A stretch of 64,000 nucleotides of DNA from Candidatus Sericytochromatia bacterium. Its GTDB lineage: Bacteria > Cyanobacteriota > Sericytochromatia > S15B-MN24 > VGJW01. The translations under genes were made by a program, and so were the position numbers. The notes below the pieces were generated by a model. The model ran no database searches and was not told the origin of the DNA. It was given only the letters and a program-made list of their open reading frames with translations. This document shows positions 1 through 8,900 of the stretch, in pieces (position 1 is the first letter of the stretch; each line of letters begins with the position of its first letter). The DNA lies in NCBI GenBank assembly GCA_035285595.1, contig JAYKGV010000061.1, positions 6,874 through 70,873 on the forward strand. Direction: 5' to 3'.

Positions 1-474
1 TGGCAGGTCGCCGCGAACCTCGCCCAGCTCCTGGCCTCGGGCAAGGTGACGAGCCACGCGCTCACGCAACACCACCATGGATTGCCGGGCCATGTCGGCC
101 ACGGCCCGGTCGGCGTGGCGCGTCTCCATCGCGACGTTGGTGAACAGGCATCCGACGAAGGTGTCCGTGTCGTCGACGAACAGCCGCCGTAACCTACGGG
201 CAAACTCCTCGAGGCTCGACAGAGTGTCCGGACCCTCCGCGAAGGACCGTTCCATGACTCGCTCCTCGACGTAGCGCAGGGCCTCCTGCTGGACGGCTTC
301 GAAGAGCTCCCGCTTGCTGGGGAAGTGGTAGGTCAGGTTGCCTTTGGAAAGTCCAGCAGCGGCCGAGACCTGCTGGATCGACGTTCCTGCATAGCCGTGC
401 TTGCGAAACAACTCGGCCGCCGCGGCGACGATGGCGGAAGGCGTCGCGGAAGGGAGCGCGGAAAGACGTGCCAT
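1..474 (-). CDS. TetR/AcrR family transcriptional regulator (partial; C-terminus runs off window start)
   Basis: Minus-strand translation from the ATG at 472-474 reads MARLSALPSATPSAIVAAAAELFRKHGYAGTSIQQVSAAAGLSKGNLTYHFPSKRELF..., a typical TetR N-terminal HTH. The ORF continues to position 1 without a stop. Confidence 0.8.
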   Translation of the reverse strand, partial: MARLSALPSATPSAIVAAAAELFRKHGYAGTSIQQVSAAAGLSKGNLTYHFPSKRELFEAVQQEALRYVEERVMERSFAEGPDTLSSLEEFARRLRRLFVDDTDTFVGCLFTNVAMETRHADRAVADMARQSMVVLRERVARHLARGQELGEVRGDLP

Positions 475-476
475 TT

Positions 477-505
477 GTACGAGCGTCCTAATAGGACAAC
501 CGTAC
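477..505. promoter_or_regulatory. Inverted repeat (GTCCTA-a-TAGGAC, 485-497, nested in GTACG...CGTAC); candidate TetR operator
   Basis: Perfect 6-1-6 palindrome lying 11 bp upstream of the TetR start codon, flanked by GTACG/CGTAC. Its position fits an autoregulatory operator. Seen directly in the sequence. Confidence 0.4.
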
Positions 506-606
506 TAGGGTGTTCGGAAAGTGTCAAGCCCTTGGTTCAGGAACGCCAGCCGCGACCACAGAACCCTCCGCCACCCATGGGCAGGGGTTCGGAGCGGTCA
601 GGTCTA

Positions 607-1587
607 TCAGGGCTGGGAGGGCGGACGCGCGGGAGTCGTCTGTGCCGAACTGGAAGCCAGGATGGCGGCCGCCTCGGCTGCCCGACGGACCAATCCCTCC
701 CAATTGACAAGGATCGCTTCGGCACGTGCGACGCTAGCGGGCGAGATGGCGTTCAGCTGTTGCGCCCCGCGCAACGTGGCCGCCTCGGGAATCCACGCGG
801 TATCCCGTGCCGTCAGGACGTAGCTTTCAATCGAGTTGTCAGGCCGCTTGCGGGTGACCTTGCCCGCCATCGCGGAAGGATCATCCTCGAACTCGACCAA
901 CACCACGGCCTCGCCGGTGTTGGACAGTCGTTGCCGTTCATGCACCCTGACACGGATGTCCCTGGCGGGCACCATCTGCCAGAAGATCAGGTCCGTCTGG
1001 CCGAGCTCCTCTGCCGTGCTGGCGAGCCGGATGGGCTCGTTCGGACGCTCCGGGATGATCACCACGTCCAGTCGCGGAATCGGCGTGAGTGTCTGTGGCA
1101 GCTGCATCGCAGGGTTGGGTAATGCCTGCGGCAAGCTAGCGGAGGCACCCGCCTGTGGCAGGCTGATGGGCCGCGGGGGGGGGTAGTAAGTGGCCACGGC
1201 CGTGACGGGGCTGTTGGGATCCTGAGGCACGACGACACTTTCCGTAGCGGCCACACTGTCCGTTCCACCCTGGACGGCGACACTGTCCGTGGCAGGGCCC
1301 GGGGTCACCAGTGGCGGGGGCGTGTCGGTGGGAATCGGCGGCGGAGCGAAGAACACGCTCTGGATCAGGAGATACAACCCGAAGACCATCGCCCCGATGG
1401 CTCCGATGGCGACCGGAATCAGCGCCGGAAGATTCTTGGGGTCAAGCGGGTTCAGATTCTGCTTGCGTCGCTTGCGAGGCCGGGCAGGGGCGGGTTCCGG
1501 TCGCTCCTCGCCTTCGGACGCCGGCGGATTCTCCTCGGCTTCCTTCCCCTTGTTGGCAAGGTTCTTGAGCTGCTCCAGGAAGTTCAT
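607..1587 (-). CDS. Membrane-anchored Pro-rich hypothetical protein
   Basis: 326-aa ORF with ATG start. N-terminal charged region, then one TM helix (LPALIPVAIGAIGAMVFGLYLLIQSVFF). A Pro/Thr-rich linker follows, then a roughly 170-aa C-terminal domain. No confident family. Confidence 0.55.
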   Translation of the reverse strand: MNFLEQLKNLANKGKEAEENPPASEGEERPEPAPARPRKRRKQNLNPLDPKNLPALIPVAIGAIGAMVFGLYLLIQSVFFAPPPIPTDTPPPLVTPGPATDSVAVQGGTDSVAATESVVVPQDPNSPVTAVATYYPPPRPISLPQAGASASLPQALPNPAMQLPQTLTPIPRLDVVIIPERPNEPIRLASTAEELGQTDLIFWQMVPARDIRVRVHERQRLSNTGEAVVLVEFEDDPSAMAGKVTRKRPDNSIESYVLTARDTAWIPEAATLRGAQQLNAISPASVARAEAILVNWEGLVRRAAEAAAILASSSAQTTPARPPSQP

Positions 1588-1623
1588 GGCTTCAATCTAG
1601 CACGTTCACGCGTGACCCGTCCG

Positions 1624-3126
1624 TCAGGCGGGCCAGCGCCCGTAGGTTCGGGTCAATTGCCCGAGGTGGTGGGCGATGCCCTCGGTCAGGCCCGGCTGCC
1701 CCAGACGCCAGCCCCAGTTGCCCTCGGCTGCCCCGGGCAGATTCATCCTGCCTTCGTCTCCCAGCGACAAGAGGTCCTGCAGCGGCACGATGACCGTATC
1801 TGCGGGAGAACGCATGGCAAGCTCGATCAGCGCCCACGCCGGGTCGTCCACGGGCTTGCCGAGATATGCAGCCACACGCTGGCGCTCCTCCTGACTCGCC
1901 CCCTGCCACCAGCCCCGGGTGGTCGCGTTGTCGTGCGTCCCGGTGTAGACCACGCTGAGTGGGGAGTGTCGATGAGGCAAGAAATCATTGGTCGGCTTGC
2001 CATCCCAGGCGAATTGCAGGATGCGCATCCCAGGCAGGGCATTGTCATCCCGCAGGGCGGCGACGGGAGGCGTGATGACGCCCAGGTCCTCCGCAATCAG
2101 CGGCAGGTGACCGAGGTGCCCGCGCATGGCATCGAAGAACTCTTGCCCCGGGCCAGGTTGCCAAGAGCCACTTTCGGCGGTGGGGGCACCTGCCGGGACG
2201 GCCCAGTAGGCTTCGAAGCCTCTGAAGTGATCGAGCCGCAGCAAGTCGCACAACGACAGCGCATGCGCCAGCCGGCGTGCCCACCAGGTGTAGTCGTCCT
2301 CGGCCATGGCCTTCCAGTCGTACAGCGGGTTGCCCCACAGTTGCCCCGTCTTGCTGAAGTAATCGGGCGGCACTCCTGCCACCGCGGTTGGCCGGCCTTC
2401 GCGATCGAGCAGGAACATGGCTCGGTCGCGCCAGACATCGGCCGAGTCATACGCCACGAAGATCGGGATGTCCCCGACCAGCCTCACCCCGTCTACCGCC
2501 GCTCGCTGCCGCAGCGCATCCCACTGCTCGCGGAACAGGAACTGGCACAGGATGTGGAAGGCCACGTCATGGCCCAGCCGATGGCGGGCTTCGGCCAGTG
2601 CGCCGGGATCACGATCCCGCAACGGAGCAGGCCACTGGGGCCAGGGCGCACCTTGGTGAGCCGCCTTGAGAGCCATGAAGAGCGCATAGTCCTCGAGCCA
2701 ACCGGCCTGGGCGCGACCCCGGGTGAATCGCGCGAGCCGCTCCTTCAGCGCCGGATTCGCGCGTTGGTCCCAGTGGCGTTGCACCTCACGCAGCAAGGCC
2801 TGCTTGGTCTCTATGACGGGCCCGAAACGAATGCGCCCCTCGTCGAACCGAGGATAGGCTGCCAACTCTCCCTCGGTCACAAGCCCGGCTTCGGCCAGGG
2901 CCTCCGGCGAGATCAGATTGGGATTGCCCGCGAATGAGGACAGGCACTGGTAGGGGGAATCCCCGAAGCTCGTGGGGCCCAGAGGCAAAACCTGCCAAAG
3001 GGTCTGGCCCGACAGTGCCAGGAAATCCACGAAGCTGTGGGCCATGGGACCGAGATCCCCGATCCCGAAGGGACCGGGCAGGGAGGTGGGATGAAGCAAC
3101 AGGCCGCTTGAACGGGGATGACGCAT
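1624..3126 (-). CDS. malQ: 4-alpha-glucanotransferase (amylomaltase, GH77)
   Basis: Strong GH77 similarity (LLHPTSLPGPFGIGDLG..., GNPLYDW, LRLDHFRGF, YTGTHDN). Start taken at internal ATG 3124-3126 (MRHPRSSGLLLHPTSL), with GGAGG 5 nt upstream. The ORF track's 610-aa version is an N-terminal over-extension. Confidence 0.9.
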   Translation of the reverse strand: MRHPRSSGLLLHPTSLPGPFGIGDLGPMAHSFVDFLALSGQTLWQVLPLGPTSFGDSPYQCLSSFAGNPNLISPEALAEAGLVTEGELAAYPRFDEGRIRFGPVIETKQALLREVQRHWDQRANPALKERLARFTRGRAQAGWLEDYALFMALKAAHQGAPWPQWPAPLRDRDPGALAEARHRLGHDVAFHILCQFLFREQWDALRQRAAVDGVRLVGDIPIFVAYDSADVWRDRAMFLLDREGRPTAVAGVPPDYFSKTGQLWGNPLYDWKAMAEDDYTWWARRLAHALSLCDLLRLDHFRGFEAYWAVPAGAPTAESGSWQPGPGQEFFDAMRGHLGHLPLIAEDLGVITPPVAALRDDNALPGMRILQFAWDGKPTNDFLPHRHSPLSVVYTGTHDNATTRGWWQGASQEERQRVAAYLGKPVDDPAWALIELAMRSPADTVIVPLQDLLSLGDEGRMNLPGAAEGNWGWRLGQPGLTEGIAHHLGQLTRTYGRWPA

Positions 3127-3145
3127 GGTGCCTCCGGCTTTGGGT

Positions 3146-4447
3146 TCAGCGGATCGTAGCAGACGACGAGCCGTCCCGGCAGGCCCGTGCATGGACTGCG
3201 GCCGCCCGCCCCGCGAGGAACCCCGTCGACCAGGCCGCCTGCAGGTTATAGCCCCCCACATAGCCATCGACGTCGAGGATTTCACCCGCCAGATAGAGTC
3301 CCGGCACACGCCGCGAGGCCATGGTCTTCGGGTCCACCTCGCGCACGTCCACCCCGCCGGCCGTGACTTCGGCGGCCTCGAAGGAATGCCAGCCCTCGGG
3401 CCGGAAGGCCCAGCCCTTGAAGGTCTCCGCAAGGCGCCTGCGTTCCTGGCGTCCAAGCTCCGCCAGGCGGCGGTCTCCGGGCACTCCCGCGGCGTCGAGA
3501 AGGTCAGTCACCAGTGCACGTGGCACGGTCTCGGGGACCAGAGACCGCACGGTCCGTCCGCCTTCGCGCGCCATCGTCCCGAGGAGCCTCTTCAGCACGT
3601 CCTCCTGGCTCTCCCCGGGCAGCAGGTCGAACAGCAGGTCACCGGTGGTTTCCCCTTGGACCCACGAGGCAGCGAGTGCGCGACTGAGTTGCAGCACCAC
3701 CGGGCCAGAGAGACCGAAGTGCGTCCACAGCACGTCACCGTCCCACGGCACGGGCCCTGCCTGTCCGGCCAGGCGGACCCTCCCTCTGATGCCGCGCAGC
3801 GCGACCCCGGCATGGGGGGCCGTCCCCGATAGCCGCAGCGGCACGAGCGAAGGGAAGGTGGGCACGACGGTGTGGCCAAGACGCCGCAGGATCGGGTAGC
3901 CGTCACCGGTGCTGCCCGACTTGGGGAACGACCGCCCTCCGGTGCACCAGACCACGCTGCGGGTCGGCAGCACGGCTCCGCCGTCGAGCCCCAGGCCCCT
4001 CACCGAACCCGCCCCGTCCCGCAGGATGTCTCTGGCCGGAGTTTCCGTCGCCAGCGTGACGCCTGCCCGGCGCATCGCGCGGACCAATGCGTCGATCACA
4101 TCGCCAGACTTGCCGCTGTCCGGGAAGATCTTGCCATAGGGAGCCTCCACGCGGGTCGGGACACCTTCGCCATGCAGCAAATCCAGAAAAGCCCGGGGCG
4201 GGTAGCTTCTGAGCGCGTGGCGAAGAAACGGCCCGTTGCCGGGAAACATCCTTTCCCACGCGCGGAGATCGTCCAGCGCATTGGTGACATTGCATCGACC
4301 CCCGCCCGATATGCGAATCTTGGTACCGAGCTTGACGGTTTTCTCGAGCAGCAAGGTCCGAGCTCCGGCCCTGGCAGCCTCGAGTGCGGCCAGCATGCCG
4401 GCCGCGCCGCCCCCGACGACGGTCACGTCCCAGGTGTCGTTTGCCAT
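3146..4447 (-). CDS. NAD(P)/FAD-dependent oxidoreductase, HI0933/BaiN-like flavoprotein
   Basis: Rossmann motif VVGGGAAGMLAA near the N-terminus and the ISGGGRCN motif typical of the HI0933 family. Start taken at MANDTWDV (ATG 4445-4447). Confidence 0.8.
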   Translation of the reverse strand: MANDTWDVTVVGGGAAGMLAALEAARAGARTLLLEKTVKLGTKIRISGGGRCNVTNALDDLRAWERMFPGNGPFLRHALRSYPPRAFLDLLHGEGVPTRVEAPYGKIFPDSGKSGDVIDALVRAMRRAGVTLATETPARDILRDGAGSVRGLGLDGGAVLPTRSVVWCTGGRSFPKSGSTGDGYPILRRLGHTVVPTFPSLVPLRLSGTAPHAGVALRGIRGRVRLAGQAGPVPWDGDVLWTHFGLSGPVVLQLSRALAASWVQGETTGDLLFDLLPGESQEDVLKRLLGTMAREGGRTVRSLVPETVPRALVTDLLDAAGVPGDRRLAELGRQERRRLAETFKGWAFRPEGWHSFEAAEVTAGGVDVREVDPKTMASRRVPGLYLAGEILDVDGYVGGYNLQAAWSTGFLAGRAAAVHARACRDGSSSATIR

Positions 4448-4487
4448 TTTGGCCCGGCTCACATGGGCATGGTAGCGTGAATCCCCC

Positions 4488-5297
4488 ATGACGCCCCCTC
4501 GCTCGCCCCGCAAGCCGGCACCGCCCGGCCAGATCCTCAAGGGGCCCGGATTCACGATTCCGGGCCTGCCCGTTTCCTTGCCCAGCCGTATCTACACGCC
4601 ACCTGGATACGGTCATGACGACCGTCGCTGGCCGGTCGCAGTCATGTTCGATGGCCAGAACCTGTTCGAGGACGAGGGGACCTTCGCAGGAGGATGGCAA
4701 CTCCATCGGGTCCTCGATCGTCGTGCCCAGCGCGGGCTGCGCGTGCCGGTGGTGGTCGCCTTGCATCACGGCGGCGTGACACGGGTGGAGGAGTTGTCAC
4801 CCTGGCCGGTGGAGGAGGGCAAACAGGCGCACGGACTGGCTCTGGCCGACTGGATCGCGGCGGACCTTTCGTCCTGGATCCGAGAGCACCTCAGGATTTC
4901 CGAGGAACGGGACGACTGGCTGATCGGCGGTTCTTCCATGGGAGGCCTGGCCGCGCTGGTCACGTTTTTCCGCCACAACGACCGCTTCGCCCGGCTGCTG
5001 TGCATGTCGCCCTCGCTCTGGGTCGCCGATGGCGAGGCCTTCCCCTTCGTCGCGCGGGCACCGGCGTGGGGACGGCCGAGGATCTGGATGTGCTGCGGAG
5101 GACGCGAGGCCGGCGGCTATCCCCTCGAGCATGCGGGTTGGATGGCGCAGCTGTTGGAGCGCAAAGGCTTCAAGGCCGGGCGCGATCTTCTCTGGCATCC
5201 CGTCAAGACCGGACGCCATGATGAGGTCTCCTGGCGAAGGCGCCTTCCCGCAGCCCTGCGTTTTCTCTACGAGGATCCTGTGCCGGCGAGGCGTTAG
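4488..5297 (+). CDS. Putative esterase (alpha/beta hydrolase, enterochelin-esterase-like)
   Basis: GGSSMGG nucleophile-elbow motif; general similarity to putative esterase family proteins. Confidence 0.6.
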   Translation: MTPPRSPRKPAPPGQILKGPGFTIPGLPVSLPSRIYTPPGYGHDDRRWPVAVMFDGQNLFEDEGTFAGGWQLHRVLDRRAQRGLRVPVVVALHHGGVTRVEELSPWPVEEGKQAHGLALADWIAADLSSWIREHLRISEERDDWLIGGSSMGGLAALVTFFRHNDRFARLLCMSPSLWVADGEAFPFVARAPAWGRPRIWMCCGGREAGGYPLEHAGWMAQLLERKGFKAGRDLLWHPVKTGRHDEVSWRRRLPAALRFLYEDPVPARR

Positions 5298-5368
5298 GAC
5301 CGGCCGCACGGAAGGCACGGTGGAACCTGCACGGACGCCGTTGGTGTCCGGGGGGGCACGATGGAGTC

Positions 5369-5986
5369 ATGGTTGCCAAGCACCTGCCATTGCTGCCCTG
5401 CCTCTTTCTTCTTGTGTCGGCTGGCGCGTGTGCAAGCACGGCCGAACAGAGCCCCCCGGCCCCTCTTGCGCACCCGAACGCCGCTCCGGCTTCTCCGGAG
5501 TTTCGCCGCGATCCGGGGGCGGGGCGATCCCTCGTCATCGGAGGTGCCGGGATGCTGTTCCTCGGGGAAGGTCAAGGCGGGGGGTTCAACGCTGGCGCCG
5601 CTGACTCTGCGGGCGAGCGCGTGCGGCGGGCATTGCGTCAGGCTGACCCTCTCGAGGACGAATTCCTGGCCCGGGTGGCCCGGCAACTCGCCATGCTTCC
5701 GTTGGCCGCTCCTGCGGCCGGCTGGCTGTCCCTGGCGCCGGCCGAGCGCTTGGTAGGCAAGATGTTTCTCGAGGCGGCCGCCAGGCGCTGTGCCTATCTG
5801 GCCGGTGTGGCGGATCACGGCGACCCGTGGGCCAAACGCTGGCGGGACGGCCCGGATCATGCGGCCGAATGGCACTGGTGGGCCGGCACGGTATCGATGC
5901 TTCAGGGGCGTCTTGAGGAGGATGGCAGCGTCAAGGCCGTACCTTCGGCTGCCGGGACTTCGCAAGGAGGCCAGGGCAGGACGTGA
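5369..5986 (+). CDS. Hypothetical lipoprotein
   Basis: N-terminal signal peptide with a lipobox-like LVSAGAC. No recognisable domain. Confidence 0.5.
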   Translation: MVAKHLPLLPCLFLLVSAGACASTAEQSPPAPLAHPNAAPASPEFRRDPGAGRSLVIGGAGMLFLGEGQGGGFNAGAADSAGERVRRALRQADPLEDEFLARVARQLAMLPLAAPAAGWLSLAPAERLVGKMFLEAAARRCAYLAGVADHGDPWAKRWRDGPDHAAEWHWWAGTVSMLQGRLEEDGSVKAVPSAAGTSQGGQGRT

Positions 5987-6768
5987 GTCGGCGCAAGATC
6001 CGGCACCAGGCGCCGAATCGAAGCCAGGAACTCCTCTTGAGGACCGCTTGACCAGAACTCGAGGAGACCCGCCTTCCCCTCGACTGCGGGCAGGAGGTCG
6101 CAGATCGCCTTCGCCGCCAGCGGAGCCGGGTCCACCAGCAGTGGACCACCCGGAAGGGCCTCCTCGACGAGGGATGCAAGGAAGGGAAAGTGGGTGCAAC
6201 CAAGGATGACGGCATCCAGAGCGGGCAGGCGGAGCCAAGGCGAAAGCGCACTGCGGACGCGTTTCTTCGCCTCGGGACCCGAAAGCACGCCGTCCTCCAC
6301 GAGGGGAACCCACTCGGTGCAGGCGAGCTCAAATACTTCCGCGTCGGCCCGAGCTGCTCGAACCGCTTGACCATAGGCTCCGCTGCGGATGGTGCTCTCC
6401 GTGGCGAGGATTCCGATGCGTCGGCCTGCCGCCGTTGCCGCCCGGGCACCGGCCTCGAGCAACCCGATCATCGGAAGCCGCTGCTCCATGCGCACGGTCG
6501 GCACGGCCAAGGCGCAGGATGTGTTGCACGCCACGACAAGGTGCGTCGCTCCCAGGGCCGCAAGGCCCGAGGCCATCTCGCGGTTGAACCTCAAGATGTC
6601 CTGGGCAGGGCGCCCCCCGTAGGGCACCCGAGCCGTATCAGCCACGTAGATGACGTCGAGGTCAGGCCTCAAGGAGCGCAGCTGGCGCAGGACGGACAAG
6701 CCGCCGGACCCGGAGTCGTAGACCCCGAGCCGGATGGCAGATCCGGACTTGCAGGCTTCGTCGTGCAT
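5902..6768 (-). CDS. murI: Glutamate racemase
   Basis: Hallmark VYDSGSGGLSV near the N-terminus and a conserved Cys region (VVACNT, GCTHFP). Confidence 0.9.
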   Translation of the reverse strand: MHDEACKSGSAIRLGVYDSGSGGLSVLRQLRSLRPDLDVIYVADTARVPYGGRPAQDILRFNREMASGLAALGATHLVVACNTSCALAVPTVRMEQRLPMIGLLEAGARAATAAGRRIGILATESTIRSGAYGQAVRAARADAEVFELACTEWVPLVEDGVLSGPEAKKRVRSALSPWLRLPALDAVILGCTHFPFLASLVEEALPGGPLLVDPAPLAAKAICDLLPAVEGKAGLLEFWSSGPQEEFLASIRRLVPDLAPTHVLPWPPCEVPAAEGTALTLPSSSRRP

Positions 6769-6865
6769 CTGCTTCCAGTCTAGGCAGTCCGGGCGCTGTC
6801 CGTCGATGGGTTAAGCCTGCGTGGGATTGGTATGATGAGCATGCCGTCCCTACGTGAGGAACCCC

Positions 6866-7813
6866 ATGGAGACGTCCGTCGCGCTCGCACCGGCCCAATA
6901 CGAGAGTCTGGTACATCTGGCCCGTGCCGTACCGGCCAGCAGTAGCCTCGACTTCGTGCTGGGTCGCCTGGCCGAGGCTCTGTCCGAGCACCGTCCGGGC
7001 GCGGCCTTGGCCTTGCGCCTCAATGGACCCGAGGGCTTCATGCCCGCCGGCGAGCACGCCGACCGGATCTTCCGCGTGGCCGCCGAGCGGCTGGGCGACG
7101 TGACTCAGGTCGACCCTGAACCTGTCGCCCTGGCTGAGGTCCCGGGTGGGGTTCGCGTGCCGCTTGCCGCCAACCGACAGGTCTACGGCGCGGTACTCGC
7201 CGCCGATGAGGACACGGCGTTTGCGGGTGCCCTCGCGCGGCTCCTGGCTCCGCTCCTTGGCATGGCGGTCCATGCCCTGCGCCTTGAGGAGGAAGTCAAC
7301 AAGCGAACGAGCACCGATCGCCTGACGGGTCTGTGGAACCGCGTCTACTTCAATGAACGTTTCCGTGAGGAGTGCGAGCGTCTGGTTCGCAGCCGCGAAA
7401 CCGGATCCGTAGCCGTCGTCGGTCTGCCCGAGTTCGCGGCCGTGGCACGGACGATGACCCCTGACGAGGCCAACGGTCGGTACGGTGAGGTCGGTCAGGT
7501 CGTCCGCCAGGTCATCCGCCAGACGGACTGGGCGGTCCGTTGGGACGGCCATGACATCCTGCTCTACCTTCCCTCGACCTCTGCCGAAGCGGCCGTCGAG
7601 GTGCTCAAGCGTCTCACCCGTCGGCTGGTGCAGCTGGCTCCTTACCTGTCACCTGTCATGGGGGTGTCCTCGACCACCGAAACGACGTCCCCGAGGGCGC
7701 TCGTGCAGATGGCGACCCGGCGACTGGATCTGGCCCGCAAGGAAGGCGGCAGCAAGGTCATATGCTTTGCTTTGCCTGGTCAAGGCATGAATTTCCACCA
7801 CGTCGAGATCTAG
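6866..7813 (+). CDS. GGDEF-domain protein with degenerate active site
   Basis: C-terminal GGDEF fold (TDRLTGLWNRVYFNERF...). The catalytic GG(D/E)EF position reads RWDGHDILLYLPST instead of RYGGEEFxxLLP. Start at ATG 6866 with GAGGA 5 nt upstream. Confidence 0.7.
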   Translation: METSVALAPAQYESLVHLARAVPASSSLDFVLGRLAEALSEHRPGAALALRLNGPEGFMPAGEHADRIFRVAAERLGDVTQVDPEPVALAEVPGGVRVPLAANRQVYGAVLAADEDTAFAGALARLLAPLLGMAVHALRLEEEVNKRTSTDRLTGLWNRVYFNERFREECERLVRSRETGSVAVVGLPEFAAVARTMTPDEANGRYGEVGQVVRQVIRQTDWAVRWDGHDILLYLPSTSAEAAVEVLKRLTRRLVQLAPYLSPVMGVSSTTETTSPRALVQMATRRLDLARKEGGSKVICFALPGQGMNFHHVEI

Positions 7814-7822
7814 GGCCGCCTG

Positions 7823-8896
7823 GTGGGTCCTCCTGCCTGGTCCGAAGGGCTGCTGCTGCCGGCGGCGGTGGTGCGGCGTCTGGACGCCGCGTTGCAGGAC
7901 CCCCATCACGCGTGGCTGCTCGTTGGTGCCAAGGGGGCGGGCAAGCTGACGACGGCGCGACGCTGGGCGCGAGCTTTGCTTTGCGAGCGCCGCGTGCCCG
8001 GATCGGCCTGTGGACCTGCGAGTCCTACCACGTGCAACTCGTGCCGGCGTTGGGATGCGGGCAATCATCCCGATTTCCACGAGTTTTTGCCGCTGCCCGA
8101 ACGCAAGGGAGTCTCGATCGACCAGATCGCGGGGCAGTTCCAGGTCAAGCGGGGCGACGGGCCATGGTTGCCCGGGATGATTCCTCGCCTCTCCGTGGCG
8201 GCGTGGACCGGCGGGCTGCAGGTTCACATCGTGGCGCTCGACGGCATCAGCCTGCCCGGGGTCAACGCGATGCTGCGTGTCCTGGAGGAGCCTCCGTCTC
8301 CCTGTGTCATCATCCTGCTGGGTTCGGCACTCTCCGACATCTTGCCCACGGTGGTTTCACGCTGCCAAAGGGTGGCCTTCGACCCGATCGATGACGACGT
8401 GCTGGCCCGATGGCTCGCTGCGCGGGGGGAGGGAAGTTCGTCGGATCAAGCACTTGCGGTCCGGCGGTCTGCGGGGCGGCCGGGGCTTGCGCTCTCGGCG
8501 CTGCGGGGTGAAGGCATCCCCGCTGCGTGGGACGAGGGTCTCGGCGAGTTGCTGCAGACCCGTGATCCCATCCGTCGCCTGCAGCTCTTAGGCTGGATCC
8601 AGGATTGGCCCGGCCAGCATGGTCTCGAGGCCGTGCCTGCCCATGTCGGGCTGGTGGACGAGGCGCTCGACCGCTTGGCCGAGGCTTGGTGGTGGGCGCG
8701 AACCGGTCACCTTCCACGGTCGGGCGAAGCCAAGGGCGTGTCTGCCCTCGTTCAGGCGGCGGGAGGCGAGCAGGGGATGTGGTCGTGGATGGCTGTTCTG
8801 CTCCAGATCCGGACGCGTCTGGAGGCGGGGGTGTCTGCGAAAAACGCTTGGCTGGAAGGTGCTCATCATTGGGCCCGTTTGCCTCGGAGGGCCTGA
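7823..8896 (+). CDS. holB: DNA polymerase III delta-prime subunit
   Basis: GAKGAGK P-loop remnant, Zn module C-x2-C...CNSC, and SRC motif (TVVSRCQ). Length 357 aa. GTG start. Confidence 0.85.
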   Translation: MGPPAWSEGLLLPAAVVRRLDAALQDPHHAWLLVGAKGAGKLTTARRWARALLCERRVPGSACGPASPTTCNSCRRWDAGNHPDFHEFLPLPERKGVSIDQIAGQFQVKRGDGPWLPGMIPRLSVAAWTGGLQVHIVALDGISLPGVNAMLRVLEEPPSPCVIILLGSALSDILPTVVSRCQRVAFDPIDDDVLARWLAARGEGSSSDQALAVRRSAGRPGLALSALRGEGIPAAWDEGLGELLQTRDPIRRLQLLGWIQDWPGQHGLEAVPAHVGLVDEALDRLAEAWWWARTGHLPRSGEAKGVSALVQAAGGEQGMWSWMAVLLQIRTRLEAGVSAKNAWLEGAHHWARLPRRA

Positions 8897-8900
8897 GGAC

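Noticed and set aside
1624-3456. N-terminally extended ORF-track versions of malQ (610 aa), the flavoprotein (469 aa), ctaA (440 aa), tgt (416 aa), PBP1A (840 aa), DAGK-like (370 aa), FKBP (326 aa) and others.
   Set aside because: The extensions are low-complexity and overlap upstream genes. Internal starts matching the conserved N-termini, often with GGAGG-type RBS, were chosen instead.
5902-5986. 85-bp convergent overlap between the lipoprotein gene (ends 5986) and murI (ends 5902), considered as evidence that one is mis-called.
   Set aside because: Both C-terminal tails are low-complexity, so either stop could be real. Convergent overlaps of this size occur. Left both calls with moderate confidence.
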